64,000 bases of DNA, taken from Acidobacteriota bacterium. Lineage in GTDB: Bacteria > Acidobacteriota > Polarisedimenticolia > J045. Both the position numbers and the translations under genes were made by a program. The notes under the pieces are model-generated. The model made no database searches, had not been told where the DNA came from, and saw nothing but the letters and a program-made list of their open reading frames with translations. The stretch is taken from contig JALOKP010000017.1 in assembly GCA_025456425.1 (NCBI GenBank), forward strand, positions 2,128 through 66,127, read 5' to 3'. Shown piece after piece: positions 1-9,301 of this stretch (position 1 is the stretch's first letter; each line of letters opens with the position of its first letter).

Positions 1-1
1 G

Positions 2-622
2 CTCTGGTGGGCCGCCCACCACCGGCACCACCACGCGCACGCGGACGAGGACCAGGACGCGCACTCGCCGCGGCGGCACGGCATGCTCTGGGCCCACGTC
101 GGCTGGATCACCGCGCGGGCCAACTTCCCGACCCGGCTGCGCCTGGTCCCCGACCTGGCGAAGTTCCCCGAGCTGCGCTTTCTCGACCGCTTCGACGTGC
201 TGGTCCCGGTGCTGTTCGCGGCCGCGCTGTTCGGCCTGGGCGCCGCGCTCGCGGCCTGGGCGCCGGGCCTCGGCGTGACCGGGCCGCAGCTGCTGGTCTG
301 GGGCTTCTGCATCTCGACCGTCGCGCTGCTGCACGGGACCTTCACGATCAACTCGCTGGCCCACCGGATCGGCCGGCGGCGTTACCCGACGAAGGACGAC
401 AGCCGCAACAGCTGGCTGCTGGCGCTGATCACGCTGGGCGAGGGGTGGCACAACAACCACCACCGCTACCCCGCCGCGGCGCGCCAGGGGTTCTACTGGT
501 GGGAGTTCGATCCCACCTACTACGGGCTGCTCGTGCTGAAGTGGCTGGGCGTGATCTGGGACCTGAAGCCGGTGCCGGCGCGGGTCCGGGAGTCCTGGCG
601 GACGGAACGGGCGGCGGCCTGA
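2..622 (+). CDS. Membrane acyl-CoA (delta-9-type) fatty acid desaturase, 5'-truncated by the window edge
   Basis: The frame is open from base 2 (LWWAAHHRHHH...). It carries His boxes HRHHH and GEGWHNNHH, plus INSLAH and WWEFDPTY, which are typical of this family. Confidence 0.92.
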   Translation, partial: LWWAAHHRHHHAHADEDQDAHSPRRHGMLWAHVGWITARANFPTRLRLVPDLAKFPELRFLDRFDVLVPVLFAAALFGLGAALAAWAPGLGVTGPQLLVWGFCISTVALLHGTFTINSLAHRIGRRRYPTKDDSRNSWLLALITLGEGWHNNHHRYPAAARQGFYWWEFDPTYYGLLVLKWLGVIWDLKPVPARVRESWRTERAAA

Positions 623-638
623 GCCGCGGGGAGGCGGC

Positions 639-1777
639 GTGAGGATCGCGGTCGTCGGGGCGGGGATCTCCGGGCTGCTCGCCGCGTACGTCCTGGGCCG
701 CGAGCACGAGGTCACGCTGTTCGAGGCCGAGGACCGGCTGGGCGGCCACACCCACACCGTCGACGTGACGGAGCCGGACGGCACGGTGCGCGCCGTCGAC
801 ACCGGCTTCATCGTCTTCAACGACTGGACCTACCCGACGTTCATCCGCCTGCTCGACCACCTGGGCGTGGCCTGGCAGCCCTCCGACATGAGCTTCGCGG
901 TCAGCTGCGCGGCGCGGGATCTCGAGTACAACGGGACCAGCCTCGACACGCTCTTCGCCCAGCGCCGCAACCTGGTCTCGCCGCGCTTCCTGCGGATGGT
1001 GCGGGACATCCTGCGCTTCCACCGCGAGGCGCCCCGGGTCCTCGAGCAGCCGGAGGACGGGCAGACGCTGGGGCAGATGCTCGCCGCAGGCCGCTACTCA
1101 GACGGGTTCGTCCAGGACTACATCGTGCCGATGGGGGCCGCGATCTGGTCGGCCGACCCGGCGACGATGTTCGGCTTCCCCGCGCGCTTCTTCGTCCGCT
1201 TCTTCGCCAACCGTCGAGGCGCTGCGCGCACGGTTCCGCGGGCGGGTGCTGGCCGGGACGCCGGTGGCGCGGGTCGAGCGCTCCGTGACCCACGCGACCG
1301 TCACGCCGCGCGGCGCCGAGCCACTGCGTTTCGACGAGGTCGTGCTGGCTTGCCACGCCGACCAGGCGCTGGCGCTCCTGGCCGACGCCGACCCGGTGGA
1401 GCGCGAGGTGCTGTCGGCCTTCCCCTACCCGGAGACCGTCGCGGTGCTGCTGGAACTACCTGCGGCGGGAGGGGGACGGCGGCGGCCGCCTCGTCCTGAC
1501 CTACTGGATGAACCGGCTGCAGGCGCTGCCGCGGACCCGCGACTACTTCGTCACGCTCAATGCCGAAGCCGCCATCGACCCGGGGGCGGTGCTCCGGCGA
1601 ATCGTCTATCACCACCCGCGCTACACGCCGGCCTCGATCGCGGCGCAGGCCCGCTGGGAGCAGGTCAACGGCGTGCGCCGGACCTCGTTCTGCGGGGCGT
1701 ACTGGGGCTTCGGTTTCCACGAGGACGGGGCGAAGAGCGCGCTCGCGGTGACCGAGCGCTTCGGGTTGACGCTGTGA
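639..1777 (+). pseudogene. COG2907-type FAD-dependent oxidoreductase (amine oxidase family, UfaD-like), split over three frames
   Basis: Frame 1 (639-1211) has GAGISG, GGHTHT and VDTGFIVFN. Frame 2 (1213-1449) has FDEVVLACHADQAL. Frame 3 (1451-1777) has WNY..TYWMNRLQ and CGAYWGFGFHEDG. There are two +1 shifts with apparently missing sequence. This could be a real pseudogene or an assembly error. Confidence 0.85.
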
Positions 1778-2550
1778 GCCGCGCCAGCGCGATCTACGGC
1801 GGGTGGGTCCGGCACCGCCGCTTCCAGCCCCACCCGCACGCCTTCTCGTACCGGATCTTCCTGGCCTACCTGGACCTCGACGAGCTGCCGGAGCTGTTCC
1901 GCGGGCGCTGGCTCTGGTCGGCGGAGCGGCCGGCGCCGGCGCGCTTCCGCCGCGCCGACCACCTGGGAGACCCGGCGGTCCCGCTCAAGCAGGCGGTGAT
2001 CGAGGCGGTGCGCGAGGCGACCGGGCGCGCCCCCGCCGGGCCGATCCGGCTGCTGACGCACCTGGCCTACTTCGGCTACTGCTTCAACCCGGTGAGCTTC
2101 TTCTACTGCTTCGACGCGGACGGGTCGCGGGTCGAGACGATCGTCGCCGAGGTCGACAACACGCCGTGGGGCGAGCGGCACGTCTACGTGCTCGACCCGG
2201 CGCGCGACGAGGGGCGCGACGGCCGCCACCGCTACCGCTTCCCGAAGGCGTTCCACGTCTCCCCCTTCCTGCCGATGGAGCTCGACTACGACTGGCGCTT
2301 CGTCGACCCCGGGCGCTTCCTGGCGGTCCACATGGACTGCAACCGGGGCGGCCGGAAGGTCTTCGACGCGACGATGACGCTGAAGCGGCGCGAGATCACG
2401 GGCGGCGCGCTGGCCGCGACGCTGGCCTGGCACCCGTTCATGACGGGCAAGGTGCTGGCGGCGATCTACTGGCAGGCACTCCGGCTCTGGCTGAAGGGGA
2501 CGCCGTTCTTCACGCACCCGGACAAGCGGGCCGGCGAGGGGCGACCGTGA
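1774..2550 (+). CDS. DUF1365 family protein (UfaO-like)
   Basis: GTGA overlap with the upstream stop. Motifs VRHRRF, FNPVSFFYC, EVDNTPWGERH, KAFHVSPF and IYWQALRLWLKG. Confidence 0.93.
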   Translation: MSRASAIYGGWVRHRRFQPHPHAFSYRIFLAYLDLDELPELFRGRWLWSAERPAPARFRRADHLGDPAVPLKQAVIEAVREATGRAPAGPIRLLTHLAYFGYCFNPVSFFYCFDADGSRVETIVAEVDNTPWGERHVYVLDPARDEGRDGRHRYRFPKAFHVSPFLPMELDYDWRFVDPGRFLAVHMDCNRGGRKVFDATMTLKRREITGGALAATLAWHPFMTGKVLAAIYWQALRLWLKGTPFFTHPDKRAGEGRP

Positions 2551-3089
2551 TCGAGCGCGTCGCCAACTTCCTGTTTTTCCAGATCGGCTGGTTCGCGACG
2601 GTGGCCGGCGCGGCGCTCGGGTTTCCGTGGGCGGGACCGATCCTCGCCGCGGTGCTCGTCGCCTTCCAGCTGGCGGTCGCCCCGGACCGAGGGGGGCGCC
2701 TCAGGACGATCGTCGCGGTCGCCGCGCTCGGGACGCTGCTCGACACGCTGCTGCGCTGGGCCGGCGTGACCGCCTTCCCGGACTGGCCGGCGGCCCCCTG
2801 GCCCTGCCCGCCGTGGATCACCGCGCTCTGGGCGCTCTACGCCAGCACGCTGGGCTCGTCGATGGCCTGGCTGCAGGGGCGGCCGGCGGTGGCGGCCCTG
2901 CTGGGCGCGGTGAGCGGCCCGCTGTCGTACCTGGCCGCGGAGCGGCTGGGGGCGGTCGTGCTGGCTCCGGATCCGTTGCGGCGCTGGGGCGTGCTGGCGG
3001 TGGCGTGGGCGGTCGCCGTGCCGGTGACGCTGGCGGTGGCGCGGCGCGTATCTACTGCGCCGCCCCGAACAACCCCCTCCGCTCCGTGA
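2547..3089 (+). CDS. DUF2878 family membrane protein
   Basis: GTGA overlap. Motifs NFLFFQIGWF, PPWITALW and GPLSYLAAERLG. Hydrophobic, and a usual neighbour of DUF1365. Confidence 0.85.
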   Translation: MIERVANFLFFQIGWFATVAGAALGFPWAGPILAAVLVAFQLAVAPDRGGRLRTIVAVAALGTLLDTLLRWAGVTAFPDWPAAPWPCPPWITALWALYASTLGSSMAWLQGRPAVAALLGAVSGPLSYLAAERLGAVVLAPDPLRRWGVLAVAWAVAVPVTLAVARRVSTAPPRTTPSAP

Positions 3090-3393
3090 GCCACGCGCGC
3101 CAGCCCGGCGCGCGCCGCGCGCGCAGCAGCAGGTAGACCGCCGTCACCAGGTTCCCCAGCACGAGCAGTAGCGCGATCGCGACGAACGAAACGCGTCGGT
3201 CCGACTCCACCACGCCGATCCAGAGCGCCGCGAAGAACAGGCCGCAGAACAGGTCGATCAGCGTGACCAGGCCCCATGGATCGCTGCCGATCGCGACCAG
3301 CGCGGTCAGGACGTCCTCCTGCCCCGAGGCGATCACGATCGTCACCACCAGCCCGACCGCGAAGAGCGCGAGCACCCCCAGCGCCAGCCGCAT
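3052..3393 (-). CDS. Small membrane protein, DUF1475-like
   Basis: Three to four hydrophobic segments, PWGLVTLIDL..G and LGNLVTAVYL motifs, GGAGAGG RBS. Confidence 0.7.
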   Translation of the reverse strand: MRLALGVLALFAVGLVVTIVIASGQEDVLTALVAIGSDPWGLVTLIDLFCGLFFAALWIGVVESDRRVSFVAIALLLVLGNLVTAVYLLLRARRAPGWRAWLTERRGLFGAAQ

Positions 3394-3407
3394 CGTTCAC
3401 CTCTCCC

Positions 3408-3598
3408 GAAAACCGGGGACAGCTACCGTGAAAACCGGGGACAGCTACCGTAATTCGGTAAGCCGCGAATTACGGGGACAGCATAACCCCGTATCCAGGC
3501 ACGACGGATCGCTCCCCGCTCCTGGCCCCGTCCCGTTTCGGAGCATGGTGTCCCCGGAATTCGCGGCTTACCGAATTACGGCAGCTGTCCCCGGTTTC
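3408..3598. repeat. REP/REPIN- or MITE-like palindromic element, copy 1
   Basis: A 22-bp tandem duplication GAAAACCGGGGACAGCTACCGT (3408-3451). Inverted arms of about 53 bp (3432-3484 and 3545-3597, 3 mismatches) surround a spacer of about 60 bp. Confidence 0.9.
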
Positions 3599-3640
3599 CG
3601 GTTTCGCGGGCCGGCGGAGATGCGCTACGCTGCGCGCTCC

Positions 3641-4438
3641 ATGAGCGCCTCCACCCCCCCGCCGGGCGAGCGCCCGGGACACGATCCGCTCCGCCCGCAC
3701 CCGCTGCTCACCGACTACTACGGCGACGAGCAGCAGCGGCGGCGCCAGGTCGACGCCTGGTTCGACGCCTCCGCGCCGCACTACAACTTCATCACGCAGG
3801 CGATGAGCTTCGGCTCGGGCCACTGGTACCGGAAGCAGGCGCTGCTGCGGGCCGGGCTCGCCCCCGGGATGCGGCTGCTCGACGTCGCCTGCGGCACGGG
3901 GGTGATCGCGCACCACGCGCAGGACGTCGTCGGCGAGCAGGGGCTGGCGGTCGGGCTCGACCCCTCGATCGGGATGCTGCACGAGTCGCGGGCGCGCGGC
4001 GTCCGCGGGCTGGTCCAGGCGCTGGCCGAGGCGCTGCCGTTCCGCACGGCGAAGTTCGACATGCTGAGCATGGGCTACGCGCTGCGCCACGTCGTCGACC
4101 TGCACCGGACCTTCGCCGAGTACCGCCGCGTGCTCAAGCCGGGCGGGAAGCTGCTGATCCTGGAGATCACGCCGCCGCGCTCGCGGCTCTCCTTCCATCT
4201 GCTGAAGTTCTACCTCCGGGGGTTGGTCCCGCTCGTCGCGCGGATCGCCGGCGGCGGGACGGGCTCGCAGACGCTGATGCAGTACTACTGGGACACGATC
4301 GAGCACTGCGTCGCCCCGCCGGTGATCATGAAGGCGCTGGAGGAGGCCGGGTTCCTGCAGGTCTCCCGCTACGTCGAGCTGGGGATCTTCAGCGAGTACA
4401 CCGCCATCACTCCGGGGCCTGCGGCCGCCGGCCGATAA
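3641..4438 (+). CDS. Class I SAM-dependent methyltransferase (UbiE/MenG-like)
   Basis: LLDVACGTG motif I, AEALPF, GYALRHV and RVLKPGG. Confidence 0.9.
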   Translation: MSASTPPPGERPGHDPLRPHPLLTDYYGDEQQRRRQVDAWFDASAPHYNFITQAMSFGSGHWYRKQALLRAGLAPGMRLLDVACGTGVIAHHAQDVVGEQGLAVGLDPSIGMLHESRARGVRGLVQALAEALPFRTAKFDMLSMGYALRHVVDLHRTFAEYRRVLKPGGKLLILEITPPRSRLSFHLLKFYLRGLVPLVARIAGGGTGSQTLMQYYWDTIEHCVAPPVIMKALEEAGFLQVSRYVELGIFSEYTAITPGPAAAGR

Positions 4439-4526
4439 ACCGCCCCGGATCGGCGGCTCCCGGGGGGCGGCCGCGTTCTGATAAACTCGCCGAGGGGCCG
4501 CGGTGAGGGCCCGTGGAGGGGCCCGG

Positions 4527-5558
4527 TTGAGCGCGACGAGCAGCCCGCATCCGGCCGTGCCGGCCGTGCGCCGGGACGGTTTCGGCTTGTCGCTCGCCCC
4601 TCGCGAGGGGCTGGCGGAAGCGGTCCGTCGCCACGCGGGGCGGCTGCTCTTCGCGGTCCGCTACGGGATGCCCCGCGCGGCACTCTCGGCCGACGCGACA
4701 CCGGTCCTCGACCTCGCGAACCCCGTGCTCGGCGACGGCCCCTCGATCGAGCTGTGGCTCTCGCCGGAGCCGGTCCAGGTCCGGCGCGAGGGCCGCTTCC
4801 TGTGCGCCGGCAACGGCACGGTGCTGTTCGGGGCCACGGTCTGCCCGCTGGCCGGCGACCTCGAGGGGGAGACGCTCGCCGTCTACCGCGAGCTGCTCGA
4901 TCTCCTGCCGCGCTCGGGCGCAGCGTCGCTGCAGCGGATCTGGAACTACCTCCCCGACATCAACGGCGACCAGCGCGGCGTCGAGCGCTACAAGCGCTTC
5001 TCCGCCGGGCGCGCGCGAGCCTTCGAAGCGGCGTTCGGGGCCCCGGCCGAGCGCCACTTCCCGGCCTCTTCGGCGATCGGCACGACCGGCGACGCGCTCG
5101 TCGTCGCCTTCCTGGCCGCACGCGAGCCGGGCCGCCACGTCGAGAACCCGCGCCAGGTCAGCGCCTTCCGCTACCCGCCGCAGTACGGCGAGAAGAGCCC
5201 GTCGTTCGCGCGTGGCACGCTCTCCCCGGCGGCCCTGGGCCACGCCTTCCTGCTCTCTGGAACGGCAAGCGTGGTCGGCCACGAGTCGCGCCACGAGGGG
5301 GACGTCCTGCGCCAACTTCATGAGACGCTGCGGAACATCGAGACGCTGGCCGCGTCAGTCGGCGCGGTCTCGACCCGCCCGGGGCCGGGCCTCGCGCGGT
5401 TCGACTACGTGAAGACCTACCTGCGGCGATCGTCCGACCTGCCGGTGGTCCGGGCCGCGCTGATGCCGCGACTGGCCCCGACGGCCGCGACGGTATGGCT
5501 CGAGGCCGACATCTGCCGGGCCGAACTGCTGCTCGAGATCGAGGGGCTGGCGCTCTAG
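4527..5558 (+). CDS. Chorismatase-like protein (FkbO/Hyg5/XanB2, 'pteridine-dependent deoxygenase' family)
   Basis: RIWNYLPDIN, ERYKRFSAGR, PASSAIG, ENPRQVSAFRYPPQYG, SGTASVVGHE and DICRAELLLEIEG. The start (TTG) is uncertain. Confidence 0.88.
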   Translation: MSATSSPHPAVPAVRRDGFGLSLAPREGLAEAVRRHAGRLLFAVRYGMPRAALSADATPVLDLANPVLGDGPSIELWLSPEPVQVRREGRFLCAGNGTVLFGATVCPLAGDLEGETLAVYRELLDLLPRSGAASLQRIWNYLPDINGDQRGVERYKRFSAGRARAFEAAFGAPAERHFPASSAIGTTGDALVVAFLAAREPGRHVENPRQVSAFRYPPQYGEKSPSFARGTLSPAALGHAFLLSGTASVVGHESRHEGDVLRQLHETLRNIETLAASVGAVSTRPGPGLARFDYVKTYLRRSSDLPVVRAALMPRLAPTAATVWLEADICRAELLLEIEGLAL

Positions 5559-5803
5559 CCCGGCCCGAATCACCCCCGGCTCGCCAAGCCCGGCCGAGAA
5601 CGGCCGCCCCGCGGGCCCTCCCGCGGAGACGGGGCCAGCTAACAAGCGGCCTGACCCATGTATCTCTTTCGCCCGGGCCGCCTCTGGATGTGACGAGCGC
5701 ACACTCGCTCCCGGGCCCCTCGCAGTACGCTCCGGCCCGGATGCCACGGACATCCCCGCGCCAACCCCGCCCGGGGGCGCGGTGCTTCGGGAGGGACATC
5801 GCC

Positions 5804-8800
5804 ATGCTTCGACGCCCGCTTGCCGCCTGCAGTCTCCTGCTCCTCGCGATCCTGATCCCGTGCACCTCCACCGTTGCCGCGGAGCGGCTCCCCGCGCGCT
5901 GGGTTCCCGGCGACGCCGCGGTCTCGCCAGCCGCGGCCGACCAGTCGGCACCGTCGCTGGCCGCGGGGGGCGGGATGGTCCTGGCGCTCTGGTCCGACAA
6001 CCGGGCGAACAGCACCGGCGGCTACGAGGGCGAAACCTCGCGCGACATCTACGCGATGCGCTTCGACGGCAACGGCGCGCCGTTGGACGCGGTCCCCTTC
6101 GCGGTCACGGCCGCGCGCGCGTCGCAGGAGTTCCCGCGCGCCGCGTTCAACGGGACGAACTGGCTGGTCGTGTTCGAGAGCTACGACCTGACCGGGACGG
6201 GCTACTACTACCAGAAGTCGCTGGCCGCGGTACGCGTCGCTCCCGACGGGAGCGTGCTCGACCCGGTCCCGATCCGGATCCTCAACGTCAGCCCGGTCGG
6301 GGCGACCTGGGCCGTCGCCTCCGACGGCAGGGACTGGGTCGTCGCGATGCAGGGCTCCGCGACGGGTGGCGACCTGACCGCGGCTCGGATCTCGGCGGCC
6401 GGCGTCCTGCTCGATCCGAACCCGCGGATCCTGGTGGCGGAGACCTACTACCTGCGCGGCGCGCTGCGCCTGGCCTTCGCCGGCGGCGTCTACCTGATGA
6501 CCTTCGACGAGGCGATGACCGGCAGTTCGGAGACCTCGGCGCTGCGCTTCGACGCAACCCTGACGCCGCTCGATCCGGCGCCCGTTACCCTCCTGCCCCA
6601 CCCGATCGGCATGCTCGCCTCGAACGGCTCGGGCTTCTACGCGGTCTGGACCGAGCAGCTTCCCGACTACAGCGTCGCGGTCCTCGGCACGCGGATCGAC
6701 ACGGCGGGCCACGCGCTCGACGGCACCGGCGTCAACATCTCCGGGCTCAATGCGCCCGTTGCCTACACCTCGACGTCAGTGGCATGGGACGGCGCGAACT
6801 GGAAGGCGAGCTGGGGCGCGGCGGGCGGGACGCGCCTCGCACGGATCAGCAGCGGCGGCCAGGTCCTCGACCCGGGCGGCGTCGCCGTCCCGGGCCCGCA
6901 GACCGGCCCGACCGCCAGCGTCGGCAACGGCAGCCTGCAGCTCGCCTGGACCGTCTTCGCTGCCAGCACCAACGACGTCGTGACGGCCAACGTCTCGTCC
7001 TCGAACGTCGCCGGCCCCAACCGCACCGCGTCGACCGGCGCGCCGGCCCAGTCGCAGCCGGACCTCGCGACCGGCTCGAATGGTTTCATGGTGGCCTACC
7101 GCAGCATGACCTCGGCCCGCCACCGGATCCTGGCGCAGCCGCTCGACGCGGCCGGCAACCCGCTGACCGCCGAGCCGACCGAGCTCGACGCCGGCGACCC
7201 GCTGTCGCTGCGGGGGGCCCCGGCGGTCGCCTGGAACGGCAGCACCTACCTGGTCGCGTGGCCCGGGCCGAACGGCGTGATGGCCCGCCGCGTGCGCCCC
7301 GACGGCTCGCTGGCCGACGCCGCCCCGGCGATCGTGCTGGCCTCCAGCTTCGGCGCGGTCGACACCGAGGCGCTGGGCGGCGACTTCCTCGTGATCGGCC
7401 TGCGTTGCGGTTACACCTGCCAGTACATCAACCCGGTGGCGGCCCGCGTGCGCGGCAGCGACGGCGCGCTGCTCGACCCCAGCCCGATCGGGCTCTACGG
7501 GACCTACAGCAGCAGCCCGCGGCTGACCGTGCTGGGCGGCCGCTGGCTGGCGGCCTGGCAGGACAACTGGAGCCACGACGATCCAGGCGCCAGCACGGCC
7601 GGGGCCTTCATCGACGCGGCCGGAGCGGCCTCCAACAGCTTCAGCATCCACGGCCCGTACTCGACGGCCGGCGGCAACGGGATCTTCACCCTCGGCCTCG
7701 CCTCGAACGGGAGCGTGGCGCTGCTGGTTCAGTCGCAGGAGCTGACCTCCGGCGTCGAGAACGACCTGCTCGGGGTCTTCGTCCGCCCCGACGGGACGGT
7801 CGCCCCGTACTTCAACATCACGCCCTGGGCGGGCAACCAGTACCGGCCGCAGGTGGCCTGGGACGGGTCGCGCTTCGTCGTCGTCTTCCAGGACCAGAAG
7901 GCGCGCGTCACGCGCTGGAGCCTCGAGCAGCTCGACGCGCGCTCGGACCTGTTCGGGATGCGGATCACGCCGTCCGGGGCGATCCTCGACCCGCAGGGAT
8001 TCGTCTTCTCGAACAGCGCGGCCGCCGAGGCCTTCCCCAGCGTCACCGCCACCGCGGACGGCCGCACGCTGATCGCGGCGGCGGTCGTGCGCAACGAGCC
8101 GCCGCTGGTCAACTACCGGATCGGCTACGAGCTGTTCGGCGCCGGCGGGAACGCCTGGCCGGTCGCCGTCGCATCCGCAGCGCCGGCGGGCGGCGATGTC
8201 CCGCTGGGCGTCTCCTTCAGCTCGGCCGGATCCGGCGACCTCGACGGCACGCTCGCCTCGTATGCCTGGGACTTCGGTGACGGCGGGACCGCGACCGAGC
8301 CGAACCCGACCCACGTCTACGCTGCGGGCGGGCCGTTCCTGGCGACGCTGACGGTCGCCGACACCGCCGGCGCCCGCACGACGCAGGAGGTCCTGATCGA
8401 CGCCCGGACCCCTAACGTCGCGCCGGTGGCCCACGCCTCCTCGAACATCGCCTCGGGCCAGGCCCCGCTGGACGTCGTCTTCTCCGCGACCGGGTCGTAC
8501 GACCCGGACGGCTGGCTGGGGAACATCCGCTGGACCTTCGGCGACGGATCCGAGTCCTGGGGCGCCACCGCCTACCACACCTTCTACGACGCCGGCACCT
8601 TCCACGTGACCCTGACCGTCTACGACGGCAGCGACGCGACGGGGACCGACACCCTCACCGTCACCGTCTCGGCCGAGACTCCCCCCGCCGCCCCCTCGAA
8701 CCTGGTCGCGACGGCCGCCTCGACGACGCAGGTCAATCTGACCTGGAAGGACAACTCCGACAACGAGCGCGACTTCTATATCGAGCGCTGCACCGGGACG

Positions 8801-9274
8801 GCCGCGGTCTGCAACGCCTCGCCCGAGCTGTTCTCGTTCCTCGACTGGCCCGCCGCCAATGCCACGGCCTACAGCGACTACATGGTCTCCCCCAACACGA
8901 CCTACAGCTACCGGATCAAGGCCCGCGGCGTCACGGTCGACTCCGGCTGGTCGAACACCGCGCAGGTCACGACCTCGGTCGGCCGGCCGGCGGCACCGAC
9001 GCAGCTGACGGCCACGAGCAGCCTGAAGTTCATGCGCGCGGTGGTCGACCTGCGCTGGAAGGACAACTCCGGCAACGAGACCGGGTTCGTGGTCGAGCGC
9101 TGCAAGGGGAGCGGCTGCACCAACTTCGCGGTCGTCGCGCAGCCCGCGGCGAACGCGGTGAGCTGGCGCGACAACGGCGTGGCCCGGCGCGCGATCTACC
9201 GCTACCGGGTCAAGGCCCGCAACGGCGCGGGCGATTCGACCTACTCGAACGTCGCGACGGCGATGACGCCGTAG
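5804..9274 (+). CDS. Large secreted protein: repeat-rich N-terminal region, two PKD domains, two fibronectin type III domains
   Basis: Signal peptide and GGAGG RBS. YAWDFGDG and WTFGDG are PKD motifs. PSNLVAT..VNLTWKDNS and YRYRVKARN are Fn3 motifs. Confidence 0.88.
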   Translation: MLRRPLAACSLLLLAILIPCTSTVAAERLPARWVPGDAAVSPAAADQSAPSLAAGGGMVLALWSDNRANSTGGYEGETSRDIYAMRFDGNGAPLDAVPFAVTAARASQEFPRAAFNGTNWLVVFESYDLTGTGYYYQKSLAAVRVAPDGSVLDPVPIRILNVSPVGATWAVASDGRDWVVAMQGSATGGDLTAARISAAGVLLDPNPRILVAETYYLRGALRLAFAGGVYLMTFDEAMTGSSETSALRFDATLTPLDPAPVTLLPHPIGMLASNGSGFYAVWTEQLPDYSVAVLGTRIDTAGHALDGTGVNISGLNAPVAYTSTSVAWDGANWKASWGAAGGTRLARISSGGQVLDPGGVAVPGPQTGPTASVGNGSLQLAWTVFAASTNDVVTANVSSSNVAGPNRTASTGAPAQSQPDLATGSNGFMVAYRSMTSARHRILAQPLDAAGNPLTAEPTELDAGDPLSLRGAPAVAWNGSTYLVAWPGPNGVMARRVRPDGSLADAAPAIVLASSFGAVDTEALGGDFLVIGLRCGYTCQYINPVAARVRGSDGALLDPSPIGLYGTYSSSPRLTVLGGRWLAAWQDNWSHDDPGASTAGAFIDAAGAASNSFSIHGPYSTAGGNGIFTLGLASNGSVALLVQSQELTSGVENDLLGVFVRPDGTVAPYFNITPWAGNQYRPQVAWDGSRFVVVFQDQKARVTRWSLEQLDARSDLFGMRITPSGAILDPQGFVFSNSAAAEAFPSVTATADGRTLIAAAVVRNEPPLVNYRIGYELFGAGGNAWPVAVASAAPAGGDVPLGVSFSSAGSGDLDGTLASYAWDFGDGGTATEPNPTHVYAAGGPFLATLTVADTAGARTTQEVLIDARTPNVAPVAHASSNIASGQAPLDVVFSATGSYDPDGWLGNIRWTFGDGSESWGATAYHTFYDAGTFHVTLTVYDGSDATGTDTLTVTVSAETPPAAPSNLVATAASTTQVNLTWKDNSDNERDFYIERCTGTAAVCNASPELFSFLDWPAANATAYSDYMVSPNTTYSYRIKARGVTVDSGWSNTAQVTTSVGRPAAPTQLTATSSLKFMRAVVDLRWKDNSGNETGFVVERCKGSGCTNFAVVAQPAANAVSWRDNGVARRAIYRYRVKARNGAGDSTYSNVATAMTP

Positions 9275-9301
9275 CGTTCCCGGCGCGGGGGCCCGGCCGG
9301 C

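Noticed and set aside
1246-2550. Fusion of an oxidoreductase fragment with DUF1365 (434-aa ORF)
   Set aside because: It results from the frameshifts. DUF1365 has its own GTG start at 1774 overlapping the upstream stop.
3408-3484. Repeated GGGGACAG units as a CRISPR array
   Set aside because: The units are adjacent or inverted, with no unique regular spacers and no cas genes in the window.
5689-5705. CRP/FNR site TGTGA...CACA
   Set aside because: The half-site spacing is 5 rather than 6 and the second half-site is imperfect.
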